In this document: positions 1 to 11,158 of the stretch, one piece after another | Layout: every line of letters begins with the position of its first letter | Position numbering within the stretch: the first letter of the stretch is position 1 | Origin: Callorhinchus milii | Taxonomy: Eukaryota | NCBI RefSeq assembly: GCF_018977255.1 | Contig: NW_024704742.1 | Span: forward strand, 43,588,001 to 43,652,000 | Direction: 5' to 3' | Length of the DNA stretch: 64,000 bases | Notes under the pieces: model-generated | Database searches by the model: none | Seen by the model: only the letters and a program-made list of their open reading frames with translations | Told to the model about the DNA's origin: nothing | Translations under genes and position numbers: made by a program

Positions 1-854
1 CCCATCTGTTGACTTGAGTGAGACACAAGGTTGATCTATATCCCTCTTCCCTAGCCAACAGGATATGTAACTACTTTCTCACACAAGTCATGTGAGCTGC
101 CTTTGCCAAGGCATGCCCTACTTGCTTATCACAATTACATCAGATTATTTTCATGTATGAAATGCATAATATATACCCTTCACATTTGCCGGGTGTCTGA
201 CACATATGGAAACCCATCACCATGTTTAAGAGTATCCTACCCAAGCTGAGATTTCCATACATCCCACCTACACATGGAAATTCCAGAGATGGATTGTTGG
301 AATGGAGTGCCACTCTCTCCCTGGAGGGACACATCCTGTTTACCTAATTCTGGAAAGTATTAGGCACAGGTTGCCAAGAGCCAAGGCTTGGGGACCCCAG
401 AGTGTGCATTGGGGTACTACTGGCGTCTCACCAGTTAAAACTACAGTACTGCTGCTGGTGATTGTCTCATGTTGTTATGCCAAATATATGAAGAAAAAGC
501 CTAACACCGTTTTTTGTTCATTTTGCTAAAATCTATTGGAATAAAATACATTTTAAAAATGTAATTTGATGATTCGGATTCATCCAATGCCAAAGTCCTC
601 TTGTTCTTCAGATATTTATAAAACTTGGATGTGAATTTGACAGATTGCATCTGACCAGATCCTCCCATTTTAACATTGCCCACTCACTGTTCATGCTGCA
701 GACTCTGGTAACCTGTTTACTGTATTCCATTCCATTCTGCAGACAGCCTATAAAATGTTTTCCCCCATCTATTGGCTTGAGTGAGACCCGAGGTTGATTT
801 ATCCCTAGCTTCTGCGGCACACACAACAGGACATGTAGCTGCTTTCTCAATACT

Positions 855-2620
855 GACTTGCATTTATATAACAACCTTCACCCAGGGTGGCATCCCAGAG
901 AACTTGACAGTGGCGGAGCATGATGCCAAATTGGTGGTGGGGGAGGTGACCATAGGTACGCTCGAAGAAGAAGGTCTTCAAGTGCAAATTGAAGATGGGG
1001 AAGGAATGGAACGGAGGGTTAAAGGAAGAGTGTTCCATAGTTTCGGGGCATATTAGCTGAAAGCGCAGGCACCAGTGGTGGAGAGGAGTGCACGACAGAC
1101 ATGCAGAAGGACAGTCGAGTGGAGGCAGCAGTTTGTGAATTGTGGGATTAGCAGGTCAGAGAGGTAAGGAGATGCCAGGGCATGAAAGGATTTGAAAACG
1201 AGTGTGAGGCTCTTGAAATCGATCCGTTCAGCGATAGACAACCAGTGGAGCCCAGCTAGGACCGGTGTGATGGGGTACAGAGTTTTCGGGTGAGTATGCA
1301 GGTGGCGGAGTTTTGGCTCGGATGGATCTTGTGCATAGTGAAGGTAGGGAGACCAGCAAAGAGGGCATTTGAGAAGTTGAATCGGGAGGTGACAAACGCA
1401 TGGACGAGTGTTTTGGCTGCGTCTGGGTTATGGCACAGTCAGAGGTGGGCAATGTGGCGGAGGTGAAGGAAGGCAGTCCTGGTCAGCGACCAGATGTGGG
1501 TAAGAAAGAACAATTGTGGGTCAAACCTGATGCGGCGTTGTGCAGTTCGGTAAGTGTGAGGGATAGGCCGGGGAGTTTGAGGAGGTCAGAGCTGCAGAAG
1601 ATATTGTTGGGAGCCAATGAGTATGGTTTCCGTCTCGTCAACATTTGGTTGTAGGAAGTTTTTGCTCATCCAGACCCTGATGTCCTCTAGACAAGCCGAA
1701 GAACAGTGGTGGACCTCGAGTCGCAGCTGGAAGAGGAGAAGTAGATTTGTGTGTCATCCGCATATATGTAGAAATTTAACCCATGTCTGTGGATGACATT
1801 GTTAATCAGCAGCATATAGGTGATGAAGAGGAGAGGGCCAAGGATGGAGCCCTTGGGTACACCACAGGTGACCAGGTTGAGCCGGGAGGAGAAATCGTTC
1901 GAAGAGACAAAGTGAAGGCAGTTTGTTGGGTAGAACTCGAACCAAGCTGGTGCGGTACCATTAAGGTGGATGAGGGAGGCGAGGCGGTGGAGGATGATGG
2001 CGTGGTTGACTGTGTCAAATGCAGTGGAGAGGTCCAGGAGGGTGAGGAGGCAGAGGGAGCCCTGTTAACAAATAGTTTGTGACCTTGACAAGCACCATAT
2101 CTATGTTGTGGGCAGGGCAGAAACCAAATTGGAGGGGCTCAAGGAGGGAATGAAGGGAGAGGTGAGAGAAAAGCTGGTTAACGAAATCGCCTTCCAGACT
2201 TTGTCAAGGAGGGCAGGTTGGAAATGGGACGATAATCTGTGAGGTTGGAGGGCTCAAGGATGGGTCTTTTGAGGAGGAGAATGATGACAGTGGTTTTAAG
2301 GGGGAGAGGAACAGAACCTGAGGAGAGCGACTGGTTGCCTGTGTCGGCCAGGAGTGGGGAGAGGAGGGGAGTTGGATGACCAACAGCTTTGTGGGGAGGG
2401 GGTCAAGGCAGCAGGTGGTGGGATTCATCTGGTGATTGAGGAAGGGGAAGTAATCGGGGCAAAAGAGTGCAGGGAGACGGGAGTGATAGGGGCCATGGCA
2501 GAAGGAGGGGGTGGTGTAGACGGTCCGGGGGGTGCAGAAGTGGACGTAGGGGAAGAGGTTGCAGCCAAGCGAGTATTTTCAATCTTTGACATGAAGAAGT
2601 CTTGGCGTTTGAAGTAATGC
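855..2620 (-). mobile_element. L2-clade LINE fragment (RT and 3' end), decayed
   Basis: Minus-strand RT motifs (LDLSTAFDTVNH, VPQGSILGP, YADDTQ) and an L2 tail ending tataaatgcaagt. Confidence 0.85.
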
Positions 2621-3464
2621 AAGTAATAATTTTTATTTCTCACACAAGTCATGTGAGCTGCTCAACTGGCTTACTAGGGTTCAATTTAGATTACATTTGG
2701 TTATTTTCATGCATGACGTGTACAAACTGTCCCCTTGACACTTTACCAAACTGGCTTGTTGCAAACGAAATGTAGCTTTTAGGTCCCACACCAACTGACA
2801 TCATCGATTTCTCCCTATTCCTCAGGAGCTCTTTTGTTTAAAATTAGTGTAACTAATTCCTTCTTAAAAAGTCCATCCTTGACTCTTCTAACTGTTTGCC
2901 AGACAGGGCTATTAATGACAAGCAATGGGGCTTTAGCTGGTTAAACTCCACCCCAAAGTGCGCTCTAGGTCCCCAAAGCCTTGGCTCTTGCCAACCTGCA
3001 CCAAATACTCTCTGGAATTAGGTAAGCAGGATGTCACCAGTGTTATGCAATGTGTCAGTCCCTTCAGAAGAGGAGGGAAAACCTGATGGAGTAAAATAAA
3101 TGATGTACAAATATGATCTGATTATCTTTTTGAGGGGGTTCTGCTGGGTGTCGGACATATGCTTAACAGTATCGAAACCAAACTTAGCGTTCCAGGTATC
3201 CAAGCACTCCGGGAAGCTACTCTGCATGAAGGCCGCTAAATAAATAAATGCAAGTTGTTGTTCTAGTTGAATCCCACCTACACATAGCTTCCAACTACAC
3301 AATGCCAATACTCTATCTTAATTTAGACACTTATTATTAGACACTTAGGGGCTTGGCTACGAATTTTACCCAGATCTCTCCCATTGTATAATGCTCGCTC
3401 ATGTCTCATGATGCTGCTGTGGTTGGATAACATGATTTTTTTAAAAAATCTATTCTGCCTCCTC

Positions 3465-3694
3465 CCCTCGCTCGGTTGACTAGCTTCTGGTTATGAGACA
3501 ACTGTAATTTATAAAGACCAAGTGCAGTGTGCAAACTTTCAAAGTTATATCATTCGGATCCTGCACTTACTCAGAGTTAGCCTGAGATGCCAAGTCAAGG
3601 AACAGACCTTGTCACTGAGAGCACAAACAGAAGAGATCAGTTGCAACCAGCAAACTAAAATTGGGACGAAAATGTACTTGAAATAGAATCGACA
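3465..3694 (+). promoter_or_regulatory. Conserved upstream module of copy A (promoter or 5' leader)
   Basis: Pyrimidine tract, TATAAA at 3510-3515 and ctttcaaagttatatcattcgg; homologous blocks precede all six copies. Confidence 0.5.
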
Positions 3695-4324
3695 ATGATA
3701 AGTTCAGCACTGAATATTTCACTGTTACTCAGGGCTCTTGTACGATTGTTTGCAGAGGCACGATTGCATCCTCCTGTCGATTGATGTGGTGTGTTGGACA
3801 AGGTCATGGATTATAATTTTACTCCCTGGTTGCAAACTCCCTGCTACGCTATTTGTAGAGTGAAGTCCAGCAGCACATTGCAAGCCGGGCAGCCGCACGT
3901 AGATGGATTCGATCTCTTCAAGCAGAAGTGTGAAATCGATCCTGCAAAAGGTTTCTTCCTTCTGAGGATTAGAGCCCCTGTGCAATTCGCGTCCATGAGT
4001 TCAGAAATGCGAGCCAAGGCTGCGACTCCACCGGGGGTCACTATAACCCTCTGAATCTGCCTCACCCACTTCACCCTGGAGACTTCCCCAACTTCAGGAT
4101 CAACGGTGGGAGAATTAAATAACATATCAATGCACTGCAGGTGACACTGTACGATTATTTCTCCATTGTTGGCCGGGAGATGGGGGGCTGGTGGTGCATG
4201 CGGGTAAAGATGATTTGGGCAAAGGTGGGTTTTGAGCAGTGTACATCATGGCAATTTTGGGCAGAGCCTAGCATGCTGTTCAATCAAAATCACCAGTAAA
4301 GGTTTTTGGAACACTATGATGTAA
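3695..4324 (+). pseudogene. SOD3: SOD3-like copy A, disabled extracellular Cu/Zn SOD paralog
   Basis: ATG 3695 starts a signal-peptide-like MISSALNISLLLRALVRLFAE, followed by an in-frame TGA at 3782-3784. SOD3 motifs then follow across frameshifts: YAICRVKSSSTLQAGQPHVDG, AIRVHEFRNASQGCDSTGGHYNPLNLPHPLHPGDFPNF (first Cu His->Arg), an internal TAA after GGRIK, VVHAGKDDLGKG and GNFGQSLACCSIKITSKGFWNTMM*. Confidence 0.92.
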
Positions 4325-5049
4325 ATGTAACACTATCGTTTTTCTCAAGAGGTTTTTGGTCTTTTCAATATGTTTGGAATCAGGCACTTAAAATTAAGCC
4401 ATTTCTAATTTTTTTGTGTCAAACCAATGTTTGTTTTTACAGTATCACTGTTGCCCTCTGATAATTTGTATTACTGCAAAACTTGGACAAGCAAAGCAAT
4501 CGCAGTCTTTTGTTTGGAAGATAAACTGAATTATATAAACCTTTAGTCCTAACATTGAAACTCTGAGGCACCAAAGTTATCATGATCCCATCTTTAATTA
4601 TAATTATTATTTAATTATTAAGGTAAAACTCTCATAAGCCTGATCTGTATAAATCAAATAATCGCCTGAGTCTTATATCTGCCCAAGACCCATTCAAGAG
4701 TTTATATTCTATGCAAGTTTGACATAACTCTTGCTTTGCATAATTTATATTAAATGCATGGTCCCAACTGATACAATTTATGTAAGGTTTATTGTATTAT
4801 TAGATTTAAAACCATTGTCTCGAAATGTAAGATCACCAAAATATTTGGAAAATTCATAAAATCAGTCTTAAATTGGAAGCTAGCTTTCTATTGATCTTAA
4901 AATATCCTTCACAAAACCATCTTTCAAATTAAAACTAAATGTCAGCCTTGCTCAGCTGATAGTGCTGCCCCGTGTCCTCTGAACTCTTGCTCCTGCACCA
5001 CAGGACCTTACCTTCCATATCAGAGACAACTGACAACAAAACTCTCAGT

Positions 5050-5330
5050 AGAACCTCATCCTGAAAGATCCACAATGGTCAGAAGAATGAACTGTGAACA
5101 ACAATTAGACAAGTTAGATCATCAGAAGGAATCATATACAGGTAGACACATTTTTAAATGGATTAAAAAAGGAAACACAGAACAATACTTTAGGATGCAC
5201 CAAGACAGTAGAACAGGAGGACATTGGTATAGAGTTGGAATGTGCAAATTCAAGAAAGATGCCAGAAGGGTTTTCTTTACCCAAATGCCAATTAACAACT
5301 GGAGCCATTGTTGGATGAGGAAGGGTGGAT
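5050..5330 (+). mobile_element. Old CR1 LINE 3' fragment, paralogous to 9960-10200
   Basis: Translation DSRTGGHWYRV...KKDARRVFFTQ resembles the CR1 ORF2 C-terminus. Confidence 0.65.
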
Positions 5331-5429
5331 GAAGCCAGCACACCTGGCCTCTACATTCGACCTAAACGTTGTGCTCATATCCCTCCTATTATAGCTTGCT
5401 CGCTCAAGTCTTGTGATGCTGCTCAGGGT

Positions 5430-7700
5430 AGGCAGAGAGGTGGGAGGGCAACCGAAGGCACGATTGAAGAGGAGGGTCTTGAGACCGGCCCTGAAGGAAG
5501 CAAAAGAGGAAGCGAGGCAAAGGAACTGTGGATGGAGTTCCAGAGTGTGGGGGCAAAGAGGCTGAAAGCTCAGCTATTGATGGTAGGTCGGGCGGGCGAC
5601 ATGGAGCAGGCCAGAGCCTGCTGAACGGAGGGAGCGGGCAGGTTGGTAGGGAATTAGCTAGTCGGAGAGGTAGGAGGGGGCAAAACCATGGATGGCCTTG
5701 AAAGTGAGGAAGAGGATCTTGAATACAATCCTCTGACGGATAGGGAGCCAGTGGAGTCGGGTGAGGTTGGGAGTGATGGGGTCACAGAGCCTGGTGTGCG
5801 AGAGTACGTGAGCTGCAGAGATTTGGATGATCTGCAGCTTGTGAAGGCAAGAGTTGGGAAGGCCGATGAGGAGGAAATTTCCATATTCAAGCCTTGATGC
5901 GACGAATGCGTGGGTGAGGGTTTCGGCAGCCTGAAGAATGAAGAAGTGGCGGAGTCTGGCAATGTTGCGGAGGTGGTGGTAGGCTGTGCAGGTCATGGCA
6001 CGGATGTGGGGGAGAAAAGACAGATCAGGGTCAAACAGGACACCCAGGTTCTTGACCGGCTTAGCAAGGATGAGTTTGCAGCCGTGGATGCTGATGCAGC
6101 CAGTGCCTGAGATGCGGAGGCGCTGGCGCGAGCCAATCAGGAGGGCCTCAGTCTTGCTGACGTTCAGCAGGAGAAAGTTGTCCCTCATCCAGGAATTGAT
6201 GTCAGACAGGCAGTCAGTCAGGGTGCCAGTAATCCTGGAGTTGAGGGTGGAGTTGGGTGTCATCCACATACATGTGGAAATTTACCCCATGTCTGCGGAT
6301 GATGTCACCAAGGGGGAGAATGTAGAGAGTGAAGAGGAGAGGACCGTGGACAGAGACCTGAGGAATGCCGCACGAGACAGTGCAGGGGCTGAAGGAGAAG
6401 CCGTTAACTGAGACAAGGTGGAGGCGGTGTGAAAGGTAGGGCCTGAACCAGTCAAGGACAGAACCTTGGAGAGGTTGAGGTGCGAGGAGAGGTGCTGCTG
6501 GAGGAGGATTGACTGGTCCACAGTGTCGAAAGCGGCGGAGAGGTCGAGGAGGATGAGGAGGCAGAGGGAGCCCTGGTCACCCATGGTCAGGATGTCATTT
6601 GTGACCTTGACCAGAGCAGTTTCCGTGCTGTGGGCAGCACGAAAACTCGATTGGAGGGGCTCATAGAGGGAGTGAGAGGAGAGGAAAGAGCGAAGCTGGG
6701 AGGCAACGTCTCTCTCAAGGACTTGGAAAAAAAAGGGAGGTTGGAGATGGGCCGGTAGTTGAATAGCTGTGTTGGGTCAAGGGAAGGTTTCTTCAAGGTG
6801 TGGGTGATAGTGGCTGTTTTGAGGGGGGTAGGAACAGTGCCAGATGACAGGGAGAGGTTGATGATGTCGGCGAGTAGTGGGGTAACAACAACAACAACAA
6901 GATTGCATTTATAGAACGCCTTTCACGTCAGGAGGACGTCCCAAGGTGCTGGACAGTTGGGTCAGGACCCGAGCAGGGGGAAATGGTCAGGGTGAGGGGA
7001 GGGAAGGGAGGGAGCGAGGAGGTGGTAGAGAGTCGAGAGGCGAGCTGAAGCCACGGTTGAAGAGAGGTGGAGCTGGGATTTAAGGAGAGGGGTAGGGATG
7101 GGGTCCAGTGAGCAGGTGGTGGGCTTCATGGAGGATACGGTGGTGATGACAGAGGAGGGAGTGACAGGTTCAAAGGTGTGGAAGGAGGGATAGGTAGTGG
7201 TCGGAGTGTGGGGGGACGAGGGATGTAGGGAAGGGGTGGAAGTCGGGAGGGCAGTGGCAGGATTCCCTTGATTTTGGACTCGAGGAAGTCCAGCATTGCC
7301 TCATAGTGGGCGAAGGAAAGAATCTGCGGGGCATGGCGGGGAGGGCGGAGGAGCCGATTGGTGGTGGAGAACAGGAGTCTGGGGTTGCCCTTCGCCTCCA
7401 GGATTAACCTGGAATAGAAAGACGATTTGGCCGAGGTGAGAGCCGAGCGGTAGGTTTTGATGTGGTCCAGCCAGATGTGCTGGTGGACCATTAGGCCAGA
7501 TTTGAGCCAAGTGCATTCAGCAGCCCACACCTGGCCCTTGATCGAGCAGAGGTGGCTGGTGAACCAACGTGAGGATCGGGAATAGGAGGCAGTTCGGGAG
7601 GTGAGGGGGGCAAGGGTGTCGAGTGTGGTGGAGAGGGTGCCGTGGAGGAGAGTAAACTCAGAGGATGCGTTGGTGAGCCAGAGAGGGAGGAGCTCAGAGG
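5430..7700 (-). mobile_element. L2 LINE fragment with a short nested L2 3' end at ~6885-7060
   Basis: ORFs 5658-6269, 6282-6584 ([12 protein letters not shown]), 6587-6796 (NYRPISNLPF) and 7126-7530; (AAC)n-tailed insert at ~6885. Confidence 0.9.
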
Positions 7701-8199
7701 ACTCCGGAGGACAAGACCAATTCTAACAATTTGTTCCTCTCCCACATCCCCCTTGCCCCTACCAAAGCCTCCACTATCTCATTCTGTTTATGGAAAATAC
7801 TCCCTCCTCAGGCTGTCCAAAATACCCACTCATCCTCTGACCTCTCCACCTAGCCCTCCACCCAGAGGTGGATGCTACCATCCACCTTTTGAACAAGTGC
7901 CTCTTTCCCATATTCAACCCCTGAAATCAAGAACCATTTTCCATCCAACCTAATCCCCTGTTGCAACAGCCATCCTCACTTCCTCAAACCCTACTACCGT
8001 GCACAAAATCAGCAATTCCCAAAGCTGCCTTTGTCACCTTTGAAACCATGGCCTTGCCCTTTCTGAAGCTAAAATCTACTTCTTTTCCAACATCATCCTG
8101 AACACCAAGGACAACCCCAGGCTCCTCTTTTCCATTGCTAATCACCTCTTACATCTTCTGTCCTTCCCTCTGGTATCAGAAAGGAAATGGAAGATTATT

Positions 8200-9090
8200 A
8201 GTATATCAATAATTTAATAAATGACAGTCAACAAGGGTTCAGAAAGGGTATATCTTATCTGACTGACCTAATAGACTTTTATGAGGAGGTGGCAATCCAC
8301 AGAGACTGTGGAGGCTATATGACATAGTATATATAGACATGCAAGAGGTGTTTGATAAACTACCACATGAAAGACTCTTTCACAAACTGAGGTCACTGGA
8401 TATCAAGGGAAAGTTGTGGACATAAATTCAGAATTGACTGAAGGGAATGAAGCAAAGAGTCATGGTTAGGGGAACTAGGTCAAAACTGGAGGTGGTATCA
8501 AGGATCTATACTTGTGGTACCTCACTTGAAATCCTCGTCCTTGCCTTCAAGGTCTTCCACTGCCTTGCTCCTTACTATCATACTCGCCTTAGACGGGGTG
8601 CAGCGTAGATTCACTAGGTTAGTCCCTGGGATGAGGGGGTTGACCTATGAGGATAGGTTGAGTAAACTTGGCCTATATTCTCTAGAATATAGAAGAATTA
8701 GGGGTGATCTTATAGAAACATATGAGATTCTTATGGAGCTTGACAGAGTAGACAGTGTGAGACTGTTTCCCCTGGTAGGAGAATCTATAACTAGGGGTCA
8801 CAGTCTTAAGATTAAGGATCAGCCCTTTCGAACAGAGTTGAGGGAACACTTCTTCACTCAGAGGGTAGTGAATTTATGGAATTCTCTACCCCAGAAGGCT
8901 GTGGATGCTCAGTCCGTGAACATATTCAAGTCTGAGATTGATAGATTTCTAAAGGATAGAGGGATTAAGGATATGGGGATAAGGCGGGCAGATGGAGTTA
9001 GGTTAGAAGATCAGCCATGATCTTATTGAATGGTGGGGCAGACTCGAGGGGCCGAATGGCCTACTCCTGCTCCTAATTCCTATGTTCCTT
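8200..9090 (+). mobile_element. CR1 LINE fragments including a 3' end
   Basis: ORF 8514-9020 LDGVQRRFTRLVPGMRGLTYEDRL...RGDLIETY...FFTQRVVNLWNSLP; tail gaatggcctactcctgctcctaattcctatgttc. Confidence 0.9.
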
Positions 9091-9099
9091 TGTTCCTAT

Positions 9100-9455
9100 C
9101 ACTGTGGTTTGCTAATTCCACATCAGCTTGTCTGCTCACTCCACTCAGCAGGCTCCAGCCTGCTCCATGTCCCCTTCTCAGCCCGCACCAACATCGGCTG
9201 TCAGGCCTTCAGCTTCTCTCCCCCACCCATTTTGGAACTCCATCCCCCAGTCCCTTCAAATTGCTCCCTCCCTTGCTCCTTCAAAACACGTCTCAAGACC
9301 CTCCTCTTCGACCATGCATTTGGCCACCCTCCTACCCCTACCCACCCCAACCATCACTCCCCTGATACCAACCACCACTCGAATCCAAATCCCTGACTGT
9401 CCAGCACCTTGGGACGTCCGAGGTGCTTTACAAATCTGTTGTTGTTGTTGTTGTA
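9100..9455 (+). mobile_element. L2 3' end with (TTG)n tail
   Basis: Matches the other L2 tails in the window (cttcaaaacacgtctcaagaccctcctcttcgacc...gggacgtcc). Confidence 0.8.
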
Positions 9456-9459
9456 CTGG

Positions 9460-10210
9460 GACCCCTTCTGTTCCTTGAAAATATTAATGACCTAGAATCT
9501 TCACAGATCTCGTGTAAGATAATTAAATTTGCAGATGACAACAAGATTGGATGAAATTGTGGAAATAAATGAAGCAGCAAAGATTTCCAAAGAGCATGTA
9601 ATAGGAAATGTACATGGGCTGATAACTGCCAAATTAAATTTACTACAAATAAATGCAAGGTACTACATATAGGAAGTAAGAATAGGAAACATATGTGGGA
9701 CATGGATGGGATAGAACTTGTCAAGGGGGAAGCTTAAAAAGATCTAGGGATGTCAGTTGACTCATCCCTTACCATGTAAAAACAGCGTGAAACAAAAATA
9801 AATAAGGCAAACAGGACGCTGGGCTATATTAAGTCAATTGAATTGAGATCCCCAAATGTCATACTCAATCAATATTGTGCTCAGGTCTGGCCACACATAA
9901 AGTGTGGTCATACAATGATGGGCATTGGGGACAGCACAGAAGAGAGCAACAACGATGATTCGCAGTGTTAGAGAAATGAGTTGTGAACAACAAGTTAGGG
10001 CTTCAGGTGGGATCATATAGAGGTATGGAAAATTTTAAATAGGATTGAAAAAGTGAATCCAGAAAAATACTTCAGGATGTACCAAGACAATACACCAAGA
10101 GGATGTAGATTTAGGTTTGCAAAGGGCCACTTCAGGAAACATGCCAGGAGATTTTTCTTTACCCAAGTGGCAATAAATGATTGGACAGTTTCCCTGTAAC
10201 GGTGGTTGAG
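9460..10210 (+). mobile_element. Old CR1 LINE RT/3' fragment just upstream of copy B
   Basis: Encodes IIKFADDNKIG, KCKVLHIG and RATTMI, all CR1 ORF2 motifs. Confidence 0.8.
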
Positions 10211-10369
10211 GTGCTTGACTTCGCTATTCGAACTAATCTTGTGATCATATCCGTCTCATTATGGATTCTTAGTTCAAGTCTTGTGATGCTGCTCAGGGAG
10301 GGTAACGTGTTATATTAGAACAATGGCAAAGCCAATTAGGTAATGCTTCAAATGCAAATTAAGTACAAC

Positions 10370-10537
10370 GTAGAACTTTCAAAGCTATATAATTCAGATC
10401 TTGCATTGACCCAGAGACAGCGGGCGCCTGAAACACCAAGTAAGGAATTATACCTGGTCACTGAGAACGAAGAGACGAGATCGGTAAATTCTGCAAAAAA
10501 TTTGGGAAGAAGGTTTGCCGCTGAAATAGAATCGACA
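10370..10537 (+). promoter_or_regulatory. Conserved upstream module of copy B
   Basis: ctttcaaagcTATATAAttcagat (TATA-like, 10386-10392) followed by the shared leader ending gctgaaatagaatcgaca-ATG. Confidence 0.45.
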
Positions 10538-11158
10538 ATGAAAAGTTCTGTACTGAGAATTTCACTGTTACTCCAGGCTCTTGTGCCGTTGTTTGCAGAG
10601 GAGGAAGTGTATTTTCCTGACAATTGGCATCAATGGACCGGATTCCAGGACTCGCAAGCTCCCCGTTATGCTGTTTGCAGAGTGAAGCCCAACAATACAC
10701 TGGAAGCCGAGCAGCCAAGTGTACATGGATTCATCCTCTTCAAGCAAGTGCCTGGAAAGAAATTTGCAGAAGGTTTCTTCAGTCTGGGAGGATTCCCACA
10801 GGAACAGAGCGTGCGTTCAATTCACGTTCATACGTTCGGAGATGTGAGCAACAGCTGTGCCGATGCCGGGGGCCACTATAACCCTCTGAATCTGCCTCAC
10901 CCATGTCACCCTGGAGACTTCGCCAATTTCAGGACCAACGCTGGGAGAATTGAAGAGCATCGCACTACACTGCGTGTCACATTGTTTGGATCTTATTCGA
11001 TTGCTGGCCGAGGAGTGGTGGTGCGTGAGGGTGAGGATGATTTGGGCAAAGGTGAAGATTTGGGCAGTTTACAGCATGGCAATTCTGGGAAGAGACTGGC
11101 ATGCTGTTCAATCGAACTCACTAGCAACAGTTTATGGGACTCAATGGTGCCTGAATAA
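10538..11158 (+). CDS. SOD3: SOD3-like copy B, 206 aa, secreted, fourth Cu-ligand His replaced by Arg
   Basis: Signal peptide MKSSVLRISLLLQALVPLFA; motifs YAVC, IHVHTFGD, GGHYNP, HPCHPGDF, GRGVVVREGEDDLG and GNSGKRLACC. Start chosen by homology to the other copies; the ORF track opens upstream at 10343. Confidence 0.92.
   Translation: MKSSVLRISLLLQALVPLFAEEEVYFPDNWHQWTGFQDSQAPRYAVCRVKPNNTLEAEQPSVHGFILFKQVPGKKFAEGFFSLGGFPQEQSVRSIHVHTFGDVSNSCADAGGHYNPLNLPHPCHPGDFANFRTNAGRIEEHRTTLRVTLFGSYSIAGRGVVVREGEDDLGKGEDLGSLQHGNSGKRLACCSIELTSNSLWDSMVPE

Noticed and set aside
3782..3784. In-frame TGA in A (and in E at 32761) as selenocysteine or readthrough
   Set aside because: Both copies carry further frameshifts, stops or lost ligands.
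10343..10537. Long in-frame open stretches upstream of B (65 codons), E (75) and F (87) suggesting N-terminally extended or membrane-anchored SODs
   Set aside because: Homologous DNA is read in different frames in different copies (acccagagacag is TQRQ in B but PET in F), and A and C have in-frame stops just upstream. Best treated as UTR or promoter.
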